A model generated the notes under the pieces. It saw only the letters and a program-made list of their open reading frames with translations, was not told where the DNA came from and searched no databases. From a bacterium (GTDB lineage: Bacteria; BMS3Abin14), in assembly GCA_020349685.1 (NCBI GenBank), contig CP070698.1, positions 805,389 to 819,067 on the forward strand: a stretch of DNA of 13,679 nucleotides. Reading direction: 5' to 3'. Positions within the stretch are counted from its first letter, which is position 1; each line of letters starts with the position of its first letter. Below, in pieces: positions 1-7,422 of this stretch. The translations under genes and the position numbers were made by a program.

Positions 1-114
1 CGCCATCACAAGGAGATCCTGGGCGCCATCATGGCCCGCGATGGACTCCTTGCCTCAAGCATCATGAACGAGCATCTGGATGACATCCACAATACGCTGT
101 TTGCGACTGATTAG
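1..114 (+). CDS. C-terminal end of a GntR/FadR-family regulator (FCD domain), 5'-truncated by the window edge
   Basis: Frame +1 reads RHHKEILGAIMARDGLLASSIMNEHLDDIHNTLFATD* (TAG 112-114), matching the H-x-x-I-L-x-A-I-x-x-R-D...M-x-x-H-L pattern at FCD C-termini. Not in the ORF track because it is truncated. Confidence 0.75.
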   Translation, partial: RHHKEILGAIMARDGLLASSIMNEHLDDIHNTLFATD

Positions 115-246
115 AACCTGAACCAGGGACGATCAGACAACCCACAGCACTTCCGCACCAGCACATCCAACGTCGAACTCCAGACCGTGGCCTCACTTCC
201 CGCGTTCATGATACTCAGGCCTTTTTCAGTCCGGCTTTACTCCTTC

Positions 247-288
247 GGACCACGGATCACCGATTACTGATCACAGATCACCGGTTAT
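247..288. repeat. Degenerate 7-bp tandem repeat (NGATCAC-like, 6 units)
   Basis: GGACCAC GGATCAC CGATTAC TGATCAC AGATCAC CGGTTAT, read directly between two convergent genes. Confidence 0.75.
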
Positions 289-302
289 TTACCCTGGAAC
301 CC

Positions 303-1001
303 TCAAATATGCTCGATCTCGTCCTTTTCCCTCTCTTCCATGAGCTTCCTTTCGATGTACTCGCCTGCCGCCCTTTGTCCGCCGATGCCGAAGGCGATAG
401 CCAGAGCCAGGACGATGCCTCCGAAGACGATGGCGAAAGCGACGAGAACCGTATCCTTGCCGATACCCAGAAGCTCGAGGGCCATGGTGGTGGCGATGAT
501 GTACACTGTGATGCGGACGAACCTGCCCAGAAAGCTGGCTATGGACACATCGGCGTTGACCAGTGCGATGAGAGAAGCTCTGCCGAGGAAATTGCCCACG
601 AGGTAGCCGAGAGACAGGATCAGGACAGCTACGATAACGTTGGGCAGATAGAGGAAAAACCGCGCCAGCAGATCTTCCACAGTTGGCACGTGAAGGGCGT
701 TTAAGGAGATGATGAGAAAGGAGATCAGAACCACCCAGTAGACCACCCTGCCCGTGATCCCGGACATGGGCTCCTTGATGCCGATCTTCCTCATGGCTGG
801 TGTCAGCCCGACCTTCTCGGCCAGAGTGTCGCCCCCGATGGAGCGGAGCACCCAGACGCACAGGGTCTTGAGAAGCCAGGCCGCCAGCAGACCGCAGAGG
901 ATGAGTACCAGGCTGGACAGCAGCCGGGGAAGAAACCCCAGGAGCTCTTTCAGAAACCCCCGGATCGGTTCAAGGATCAGCGTATCCATGATCGACTCCA
1001 T
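303..1001 (-). CDS. TM-helix-repeat membrane protein (CmpX-like / MscS-associated TM_helix repeats, no MscS cytoplasmic domain)
   Basis: 232 aa with two internal repeats (FLPRLLSSLVLILCGLLAAW and YLPNVIVAVLILSLGYLVG), about five hydrophobic segments and a C-terminal LALAIAFGIGG motif. SD-like AAGGAAGGGGTG precedes ATG 1001. Confidence 0.8.
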   Translation of the reverse strand: MESIMDTLILEPIRGFLKELLGFLPRLLSSLVLILCGLLAAWLLKTLCVWVLRSIGGDTLAEKVGLTPAMRKIGIKEPMSGITGRVVYWVVLISFLIISLNALHVPTVEDLLARFFLYLPNVIVAVLILSLGYLVGNFLGRASLIALVNADVSIASFLGRFVRITVYIIATTMALELLGIGKDTVLVAFAIVFGGIVLALAIAFGIGGQRAAGEYIERKLMEEREKDEIEHI

Positions 1002-1017
1002 GACCGCACCCCTTCCT

Positions 1018-2274
1018 TTATGAAGACCACCTCTCGGCGAGGTAGGATTTCCCTTTTTCGTAAGCGTAGCACAGTTCGCTCAGCCTGTTCTCCACCTCCT
1101 CGGCAGAGCTTTCCTCGAGTTCCAGCACCAGGGAAGCGACCTTGCCCAGGTAAAGAGGGGTAAGCGTTCCGAGCACGTGTTCCCGGGCCATGACCCGTGT
1201 GTGCCACGCGAGGGCGTAATCGTAAATGACCTGGACCCAGGTTTCGTCGTCGAAAGAGTGGGGTTCGGTGGTGGCGACCGCCCTCACCCTCTCAACAGTC
1301 TCGTGATCCATGATCTGCTCCCACAGCCCTCCCAGGTCCCTGAAACCGATGCGGAACATGTGGATCATGCGCTCCACATTGACGTTGATCGGTTCGAGTC
1401 CGACGGAGAACTGGAAGCCGAACATGGGAACAGGGCTGGTATTGGTAACGCTTTTCCAGCGCTGGGAATATTCCTCCATGAGCATGAACACCGAACTGAC
1501 CACCTGGGTGAGCATGGCGGAAAGGTCGGCGCCTGGATCCTTGGCGGCGTGGATCTTGGCCCCGAGAAAAGCCTCGCAGACCCTGAAATCGTTGGCCACC
1601 GCGGTGGTGGTCATCCAGATATCGATCCCGAACCGGGCCACATCGGTGTTCCACACGTCCTTGGAGAGGTAGAACTCGGCCAGCCGGCCCGAAAACCCGA
1701 AATCTCCCCCGATGGGCTGCCTGATGTGCCTTCCGTAGAGGGCCCGGGTGATGGGGTAGATGATGCTGTTGGTGATTGTGCCGTCGTACTTGTGTCTGAG
1801 GTAATGGGGCGTGACGAAGTCGAACTCCAGTTCGAGCACCGGCCTGATGAGAAGATCGATCCACTCCGGCGTGATGCTGCGCAGATCCGAATCGACCACG
1901 GCGCAGGCCTTGACGCCCAGTCTGCGGGCGATATCAAACATGGTCCTGAAGGCGCTTCCTTTCCCGGGAAGGCCGTGGTAGGGGGTGACGATCTTGGAGA
2001 ACATGTCCTGGCTGCGCCGGATAAGGAGAGGGTTGAAGTCGTCGATGGCCGTTCGGGCCACGATCTCCTGGGTGCCGTCGGTGGATCCCCCGTCAGAGTT
2101 TACAAGAATGGCTTTGGCGTCGGGAAAGTACTTGGTGACCCCGGCCTGCGCCGCCCGCACGACGTGGCCGATGGTGTCGGCGTTGTTGAAGCTCGGGATA
2201 CCGACCAGGATATCCGCCGACCCCAGTTCTTCGATACTCTTTAGGACATCTTCTCTGAGAAGGACCGGTTCGAT
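1018..2274 (-). CDS. GT-A/GT2-fold glycosyltransferase, glucosylglycerate/mannosylglycerate synthase-like; probable non-canonical ATC start at 2274
   Basis: Motifs SDGGSTDGT, GKGSA, DSD (DxD), RHKYDGTITN, RQPIGGDF and FGIDIWMT. The frame stays open upstream of the track's GTG (2160) and encodes the conserved GT2 first strand ADILVGIPSFNNADTIGHVV. There is no ATG/GTG/TTG between the in-frame TGA (2316-2314) and 2160. Confidence 0.85.
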   Translation of the reverse strand: MEPVLLREDVLKSIEELGSADILVGIPSFNNADTIGHVVRAAQAGVTKYFPDAKAILVNSDGGSTDGTQEIVARTAIDDFNPLLIRRSQDMFSKIVTPYHGLPGKGSAFRTMFDIARRLGVKACAVVDSDLRSITPEWIDLLIRPVLELEFDFVTPHYLRHKYDGTITNSIIYPITRALYGRHIRQPIGGDFGFSGRLAEFYLSKDVWNTDVARFGIDIWMTTTAVANDFRVCEAFLGAKIHAAKDPGADLSAMLTQVVSSVFMLMEEYSQRWKSVTNTSPVPMFGFQFSVGLEPINVNVERMIHMFRIGFRDLGGLWEQIMDHETVERVRAVATTEPHSFDDETWVQVIYDYALAWHTRVMAREHVLGTLTPLYLGKVASLVLELEESSAEEVENRLSELCYAYEKGKSYLAERWSS

Positions 2275-2295
2275 GACGCACCCCGAAAAGGAATG

Positions 2296-2333
2296 AAAAG
2301 CCTGCCGGACACCTCACCCGGCCGGCACAGGCT
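2296..2333 (-). terminator. GC-rich hairpin followed by a U-rich tract in the glycosyltransferase 5' leader (terminator/attenuator-like)
   Basis: Minus strand AGCC-TG-TGCCGG-ccgggtgaggtgt-CCGGCA-GGCT followed by TTTCATTCCTTTT. Confidence 0.5.
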
Positions 2334-2344
2334 GTCTTTTTGGA

Positions 2345-2353
2345 ATTATAGCA
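2345..2353 (-). promoter_or_regulatory. Extended -10 sigma70 promoter (TGcTATAAT) for the glycosyltransferase/TM-helix pair
   Basis: Perfect TGn-TATAAT on the minus strand about 70 nt upstream of the inferred start; no recognisable -35. Confidence 0.6.
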
Positions 2354-2365
2354 CAGGGTTAAAGG

Positions 2366-2435
2366 GAGTTCCGGGTACCCGGTGCCGGGCAACTGGTGCC
2401 GGATTCCGGAATTCAGAATCCAGAAGTCAGGATAA
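2366..2435. repeat. Drifting 7-bp tandem repeat (10 units)
   Basis: GAGTTCC GGGTACC CGGTGCC GGGCAAC TGGTGCC GGATTCC GGAATTC AGAATCC AGAAGTC AGGATAA. Confidence 0.7.
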
Positions 2436-2454
2436 AGAAAGAGAAGCCTTACTT

Positions 2455-2563
2455 GTGAGATCGTAAAGATCTGATGGACTTAAAGGATGCCCTCACCGAA
2501 GTATACCAAACCACCGAACAGAACATTCACTGCCTTTCCCCCCTTTCCCCGTTTCCAGGATAG
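2455..2563 (+). pseudogene. Possible decayed remnant of a four-helix-bundle (23S rRNA IVP / bAvd-like) gene N-terminus
   Basis: GTG AGA TCG T, then shifted frame AAA GAT CTG ATG GAC TTA..., giving VRS-(Y)-KDLMDLKDALTEVYQTTEQ. This resembles the SYKDL..WQKAMDL..EVY..T..FP N-terminus of that family. Flanked by 7-mer arrays. Similarity judged by eye only. Confidence 0.3.
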
Positions 2564-2568
2564 GGTCT

Positions 2569-2626
2569 CCGCCCTTCGCCCTCCGCCCTTTTACCCTCCT
2601 GGGTACCTGGTACTTGGTACTGGGTA
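2569..2626. repeat. Two adjacent 7-bp tandem repeats (YCGCCCT x3, CYKGGTA x4)
   Basis: CCGCCCT TCGCCCT CCGCCCT (2569-2589) and CTGGGTA CCTGGTA CTTGGTA CTGGGTA (2599-2626), just downstream of the deacetylase stop. Confidence 0.75.
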
Positions 2627-2632
2627 CTGCCT

Positions 2633-3769
2633 CTAAACTATCCCCCTCTCCCTGAGATATCTCAGCGTGTGCTCCAGGTGCCTCATGGGTTCCGACTGAT
2701 CCGGCACCTTGTCCGGCTCCGGATCCCGGAGGTTCATCTGCCTGATCCCCGAGGCCCCGTATCGCGCCCGTTCCTGAAGGTACGCTTCCGGAAGTTCATC
2801 GGGAACATTCTGGCCGGTGAGGACCGACCAGGCCAGGGTCCAGGCTCTTGCGACCGTGTCCATTTCATATCCGCCACCGCCCGTGGCCATGACAGGCCCC
2901 CCGAAAAGCTCCCGGACCCTTTGAAGGACGTGAACCAGGAACCGGGTGGTCAACCGGAGATGGGCCAGGGGATCCCTTGTCATGGAATCGACCCCGAGCT
3001 GCATAACGATCTGGTCGGGTGAAAAGGATGAGAGAAGCGAAGGAAAGACCCCTTCGAAGGCCTCGATGAAGGTGCCATCGGCAGTGCCGGGCTCCAGGGG
3101 GACGTTCACGCTGAAACCGAACCCCTCCCCTGTTCCCAGTTCGTGGACGTGCCCCGTCCCCGGGAACAGGTGGTCGGGTGACTCGTGAATGGAGATGGTC
3201 AGGACCCTGTCAGAATCGTAGAAGGCCTCCTGGACCCCGTCTCCGTGGTGCGCGTCCACATCAAGATAAAGAACCCTGCGGCCCAGTTGGGCCTGCTCCG
3301 CGATGGCCACAGCGATATCGTTGATGTAACAGAATCCCGCTGCCCTGGCATGGTGGGCGTGATGGAATCCCCCTCCGGTGTGAAAAGCGACGCCTGACCG
3401 ACCTTCGGCTACCTCCCGCAGGGCAGCGAGCGTACCCCCGCACACCAGGTAGCTCCAGTCCCTGACACCGGCGAAGATGGGGTTGTCTCCCAATCCCAGC
3501 CCCCAGTTGAAGGAACCGGGGAACCTCTCCCCGCTGTTGGCCATTTCCAGGGCATCGAGGTAGGCCGATGAGTGGACGCGGAGGAGGTCGGACCGGGAAG
3601 CTTCTTCAGGCTCCATCCGTTTCAAACCGGGTCCTTCCAGGAGGTTGAAGGCCTCCATGAGGGCATTCGTCAGATAGAGCCTTGTGGGGCGCAGCGGGTG
3701 GTCGGGCCCGTAACTGAAAGTCCGGTAAAGGGGGGAATAGACGAGGAGCCCACCTTTGTTCATTGCCAT
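2633..3769 (-). CDS. acuC: Zn-dependent histone-deacetylase-family protein (AcuC-like protein deacetylase)
   Basis: Catalytic motifs GGGFHHA, GFCYIND, YLDVDAHHGDG, SIHE, FPGTG, NVPL, QLGVD..DPL and GGGGY, plus N-terminal YGPDHPLRP as in AcuC/class I HDACs. ATG 3769 has a GGAG SD; the alternative ATG 3790 overlaps the kinase stop (ATGA). Confidence 0.9.
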   Translation of the reverse strand: MAMNKGGLLVYSPLYRTFSYGPDHPLRPTRLYLTNALMEAFNLLEGPGLKRMEPEEASRSDLLRVHSSAYLDALEMANSGERFPGSFNWGLGLGDNPIFAGVRDWSYLVCGGTLAALREVAEGRSGVAFHTGGGFHHAHHARAAGFCYINDIAVAIAEQAQLGRRVLYLDVDAHHGDGVQEAFYDSDRVLTISIHESPDHLFPGTGHVHELGTGEGFGFSVNVPLEPGTADGTFIEAFEGVFPSLLSSFSPDQIVMQLGVDSMTRDPLAHLRLTTRFLVHVLQRVRELFGGPVMATGGGGYEMDTVARAWTLAWSVLTGQNVPDELPEAYLQERARYGASGIRQMNLRDPEPDKVPDQSEPMRHLEHTLRYLRERGIV

Positions 3770-3786
3770 AAAGCGATCTCCGCAAG

Positions 3787-5208
3787 TCATCCGGCGGGAG
3801 ACTCGATAACGGTCTCAGCTCCGTAATAAGGGGGGCAGACGATCGTCCAGGCGGTGCCCGCGACCTCCTCCAGGGTGATCCGGCCGCCGAGCTGGGCGAC
3901 GATGGAGTGCACTATTTTCAGACCCAGGGAAGCGGATTCATCCGGATCGAAACCTTCCGGCAGACCCACCCCGTTATCGGCGACGGAAAGGAAGCAGGAT
4001 CCATCTTCCAGTTCGCGGAAGGAAACGGTGATCTCCCCTCTTACCACATCCGCATCCTGCGGGAAGGCGTATTTGAGAGAGTTGGTGACCAGCTCGCTTA
4101 CAAGAAGACCCAGAGGGATCGCCGTGTCCAGAGGGAGCCTGACGGCCTGGACCTCCACTCTTAAAAGGACCTTTTCCGTAACGCCGAAGGCGGAAGAAAG
4201 ATCATCCACGAGACCGCCCAGGTAGGCGTCCATGAGGACGTTGGCCATGTCTTCGGACTGGTAAAGCTTCTGATGGACGAGGGCCATGCTCATGACCCTG
4301 TTTCGGCTTTCCCTGAGGGCCTTTATCGCCGCAGGATCCTTAACGAGGAAGGCCTGAAGCTCGAGCATACCGGAGATCACCTGCAGGTTGTTCTTGACCC
4401 TGTGGTGGATCTCGCGAAGGAGGATCTCCTTCTCCTCGAGGGATTCCCGGATAAGCTGATCGCTCCTGACCTGCTTCCGGTAATAGCTGCTCAGTCGATG
4501 GGCTGAGAACACGATCCCCGCCATTCCCACGAACCAGGAGAAAAGGTGCCAGAAACGAACAGCCCGCACCGAGGCAGCTACAGCCTGGCGAAAGGGTCCC
4601 ATGGGCGTGGACACACTGAGGCCTCCGCGGACCTGACCGAGGCTGTAACCGTGCTGTTCGTGGCATTTCAGACATGCCTCTTCCATGACAAGAGGACGCA
4701 TGTACCTCATGAACTCAATGCCGTCCATGACCTGGACCCCTGAGTACTCCTCATCTCCCGTAACCATCTTCTGAAGAACCTCCCTTTCCCAATCGTCAGG
4801 GGCGTTGCCGGGACGGATGGGCCGGAGACTGGTCAGGTGCCCCCGGGCCCCTGTCCTGGACCGCTCGATCTCGTGAACCTGCCGGTTCATGTAGGCGGGG
4901 TTGAGCATGGTCAGCCGCCTGCCCTCCGTCGTTTCGATATCCCTGGCAGGAAACCCTTCCAGGAAGGGGTTGGGCTCGGCACGGGGACTGACCGGAACAT
5001 AAACCCCTCCATGCATGGAGTTCCACAGACGGTAGACGACATCCTTTTCGAAGGCCGTCCGGGCCGCGGCCCTGGCTGTGTTGACAGCCGCCATATCCTG
5101 GCTCTTGAGGTTCCACCAGTAGGACACAGCGGTCCCCAACGTCCATGCGAGGGCAGCCGCGATCGCGAACGTGAGGTGAGGACTCGATTTGAGGATTCTC
5201 TTTTGCAT
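3787..5208 (-). CDS. Membrane sensor histidine kinase with periplasmic heme-c DUF3365 (Tll0287-like) domain and HisKA_2/HATPase core
   Basis: Two TM segments flank a domain containing HGGVYV, LNPAYM, TSLRPIRPGNAPDDWE and RYMRPL...CLKCH (single CxxCH). H-box EIHHRVKNNLQ, N-box ELVTNSLKYAF, G1 DNGVG, G2 SLGL. Confidence 0.92.
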   Translation of the reverse strand: MQKRILKSSPHLTFAIAAALAWTLGTAVSYWWNLKSQDMAAVNTARAAARTAFEKDVVYRLWNSMHGGVYVPVSPRAEPNPFLEGFPARDIETTEGRRLTMLNPAYMNRQVHEIERSRTGARGHLTSLRPIRPGNAPDDWEREVLQKMVTGDEEYSGVQVMDGIEFMRYMRPLVMEEACLKCHEQHGYSLGQVRGGLSVSTPMGPFRQAVAASVRAVRFWHLFSWFVGMAGIVFSAHRLSSYYRKQVRSDQLIRESLEEKEILLREIHHRVKNNLQVISGMLELQAFLVKDPAAIKALRESRNRVMSMALVHQKLYQSEDMANVLMDAYLGGLVDDLSSAFGVTEKVLLRVEVQAVRLPLDTAIPLGLLVSELVTNSLKYAFPQDADVVRGEITVSFRELEDGSCFLSVADNGVGLPEGFDPDESASLGLKIVHSIVAQLGGRITLEEVAGTAWTIVCPPYYGAETVIESPAG

Positions 5209-5315
5209 CGGGTAACGGGAGCGGTGGAAGGTTCAAAATGCCGCATCAGGAAACTCAGGTGAATATATTACCTTCCGCCGTTAAAAAGGGGAATTCTTTT
5301 CCTCTCTCGACGCAA

Positions 5316-5350
5316 GTGAAAAGCCCCGCCGTCAGGGCGGGGCTTTTCAC
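5316..5350. terminator. Intrinsic terminator (potentially bidirectional) closing the respiratory cluster
   Basis: Perfect 15-bp inverted repeat GTGAAAAGCCCCGCC-gtcag-GGCGGGGCTTTTCAC, 22 nt past the NrfD stop. Confidence 0.9.
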
Positions 5351-5372
5351 AATATCTGAAGACATTCGGGAG

Positions 5373-6581
5373 CTATTCGTAGGTCGTGGTCGTACTGCGC
5401 TGCAGCTTTTCCGTCTGCTCCTCGGAATACCTGAACATGGGGAGCAGCCATTCGGCCACGAATATGAAGACGAAGGGCACGATCATGATCCCGATGGCCG
5501 CCATGATCCCCTCCTTGCCGAACAGCTCCGGATGGTAGGCCTCACGAAGACCTGCCAGGGACTTGGAGATCATCTGCCCTCCGATAACGACGTTCCAGCG
5601 CATGGCGAAGACCTGGATGAGAAGGAGGGTCGCGGCGGTGAAGGACAGGGTGTTGGCTACCTTGTCCCCCATATTCTCCTTCATAAGGACGATGATCATT
5701 AGCAGGATGAAGGGTATGAGGACGCCCACGATCATCTGTAGTCCCAGGAAGGAGAAGGACAGCGGGCCGCCGAGAAGCTGACCGATGATCTCCCACTCCT
5801 CCGCCTTCTCGTAGGAGAGGGTGACGAGTTCGAGGAGCTCCAGGGACGCCGTGATCATCAGGAACATCCACAGCCAGCCGCACATGGTGTCGATGCACGC
5901 CCTGTCGATAACGAGACCCTTGAGCCTCATGGCCACCTGGTACATGACAATGAGGGCCGCGATCCCCGACACGACCGCCGAGAAGATGAAGATGATGGGC
6001 ATGAGCGGCGTCGACCACCAGGGGTTCGATTTCAGCGCCCCGAAGAGGAAGCCGACATAGCCGTGCAGGAGGAACGCCCCCGGGATACCTATGGCAGCGA
6101 GGAACTTGACCATCTTCCTGTCGATGGCCTGGGCCTTTTCCGACGTGTCGTAGACCCCCAGGGCGAGGATCTTGTAAATAGTCTGCTTAAGACCCCTCGA
6201 CCTCCTGGCGTAGGTGATGATGTCCTTGCGGAACACCAGCCACACCTCGAAGAGGAGGATGATCATGTAGCCGCTGTAGAAGTACCCGAAACCGGCCATG
6301 GCCGAAGTCGGGTTGGGCGTGATCATGACGTTGATGCCCCTGAAAGGGTGGCCCAGGTGCAGCAGCAGGGGCCAGGTAGCAACCAGCAGGAAGGCCAGGG
6401 ACGCCATGAGCGCGAACCGTGACACCGGTTTTAAGGCCTCCATGTCGAAAACGTGGTAAAGGGATGACACGACGAAGGCCCCTGCCACGAGCCCCGTGAT
6501 GTAGGGATAGAGAACGATCATCAACGACCAGTGAATGTGGAGGTCGTTGGGAAATACGAAACCGATAGTCTCCAACAACAT
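5373..6581 (-). CDS. nrfD: NrfD/PsrC-family quinone-interacting membrane subunit (module 2), about 402 aa
   Basis: Starts MLLETIGFVFPND at ATG 6581, with an AAGGAGG SD and a TGATG overlap with the upstream FeS gene. Motifs WSLMIVLYPYITGLVAG, LHLGHPFR, TSAM, HGYVGFLF, PWWSTPLMP and MRWNVVIGGQ; about 10 TM helices. Confidence 0.9.
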   Translation of the reverse strand: MLLETIGFVFPNDLHIHWSLMIVLYPYITGLVAGAFVVSSLYHVFDMEALKPVSRFALMASLAFLLVATWPLLLHLGHPFRGINVMITPNPTSAMAGFGYFYSGYMIILLFEVWLVFRKDIITYARRSRGLKQTIYKILALGVYDTSEKAQAIDRKMVKFLAAIGIPGAFLLHGYVGFLFGALKSNPWWSTPLMPIIFIFSAVVSGIAALIVMYQVAMRLKGLVIDRACIDTMCGWLWMFLMITASLELLELVTLSYEKAEEWEIIGQLLGGPLSFSFLGLQMIVGVLIPFILLMIIVLMKENMGDKVANTLSFTAATLLLIQVFAMRWNVVIGGQMISKSLAGLREAYHPELFGKEGIMAAIGIMIVPFVFIFVAEWLLPMFRYSEEQTEKLQRSTTTTYE

Positions 6582-7420
6582 CACCTGACCTCCTTGTCCA
6601 GCCCGATGTAGTAGCATTTGGGCTTTGTGAGCAATTGGGGCTGCAGGACGCCGATCCTCTCCTCCTCGACAAGGTGCCTGACCGGGTCGTAGGGGTCCTT
6701 GATGTCGCCGAAGATCCTCGTCCCGGTGGGACAGGCGTGTGCGCAGGCCGGTTTCAGACCTTTGGAGACCCTGTGATAGCACCAGGTGCACTTGTCGGCG
6801 GTGTGGGTAACGGGGTTGATGAATCGGCTGCCGTAGGGACAGGCCTGGACGCAGTAGCTGCAGCCCATGCAGCGCTCCCCGTCCACGAGAATGAGGCCAT
6901 CCGGCGTCTTGTAGGAAGCTCCGAAGGGGCATACCTGGACGCAGGGCGTCTCTTCGCAGTGGTTGCACATCTTGGGCACGAAATAGGCCTTCAGAACACC
7001 CTCGACCCCCGCGGTGGTGGCGGGGAAACCGTAGAGCCCGCCTTCCGGAGAGTCGATCCGGGCGTGCTCCTCCTCACCCTTCTGGTAGCGCTCCACCCAG
7101 GTCCTGTAGAACCCGGTGGGAACATCGTTCTCCATCTTGCACGCACGGACGCACGAACCGCAACCGATGCACTTGTGCAGGTTGATCACGTAGGAATAAT
7201 AATGCTCGTAGGGGTTGTAGCCCGTACGCACGGGCTCCGGCTGCACTTTGGTCGTCGCCAGTGCCTGCCTGACCTTCCCGGGTACAATAGCCGACATGAC
7301 AGCCGACAGGGTTCCCAGGACAGAAGCACCAACGGCAGCCCTGAGAAATCCCCTTCTGCTGACGCTTTCCATGCCGGCTCCTTTGTCTGGATTCACTCTC
7401 TTCTCCTTGATCGGTTCCAT
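6581..7420 (-). CDS. Tat-exported 4x[4Fe-4S] electron-transfer subunit, NrfC/DsrO/PsrB family (module 2)
   Basis: Twin-arginine SRRGFL followed by a hydrophobic stretch. Sixteen Cys in CIGCGSCVRAC, CNHCEETPCVQVC, CMGCSYCVQAC and CTWC..PACAHAC. Start is ATG 7420 (GGAG, 2 nt after the cytochrome stop) or ATG 7372 (AAGGAG SD). Confidence 0.92.
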   Translation of the reverse strand: MEPIKEKRVNPDKGAGMESVSRRGFLRAAVGASVLGTLSAVMSAIVPGKVRQALATTKVQPEPVRTGYNPYEHYYSYVINLHKCIGCGSCVRACKMENDVPTGFYRTWVERYQKGEEEHARIDSPEGGLYGFPATTAGVEGVLKAYFVPKMCNHCEETPCVQVCPFGASYKTPDGLILVDGERCMGCSYCVQACPYGSRFINPVTHTADKCTWCYHRVSKGLKPACAHACPTGTRIFGDIKDPYDPVRHLVEEERIGVLQPQLLTKPKCYYIGLDKEVR

Positions 7421-7422
7421 GG

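Noticed and set aside
111-209. Short minus-strand ORF MNAGSEATVWSSTLDVLVRKCCGLSDRPWFRF*
   Set aside because: It has no well-placed SD or recognisable motif and overlaps low-complexity period-7 sequence.
1177-2244. Long plus-strand ORFs (for example 355 aa at 1177-2244, 271 aa at 6635-7450, 270 aa at 12101-12913)
   Set aside because: They are antisense shadows of well-supported minus-strand genes in high-GC DNA and carry no motifs.
6582-6968. N-terminal extension of the 531-aa NrfD ORF in the track
   Set aside because: It overlaps the FeS gene in another frame and is non-NrfD-like junk. The real start has an AAGGAGG SD at ATG 6581.
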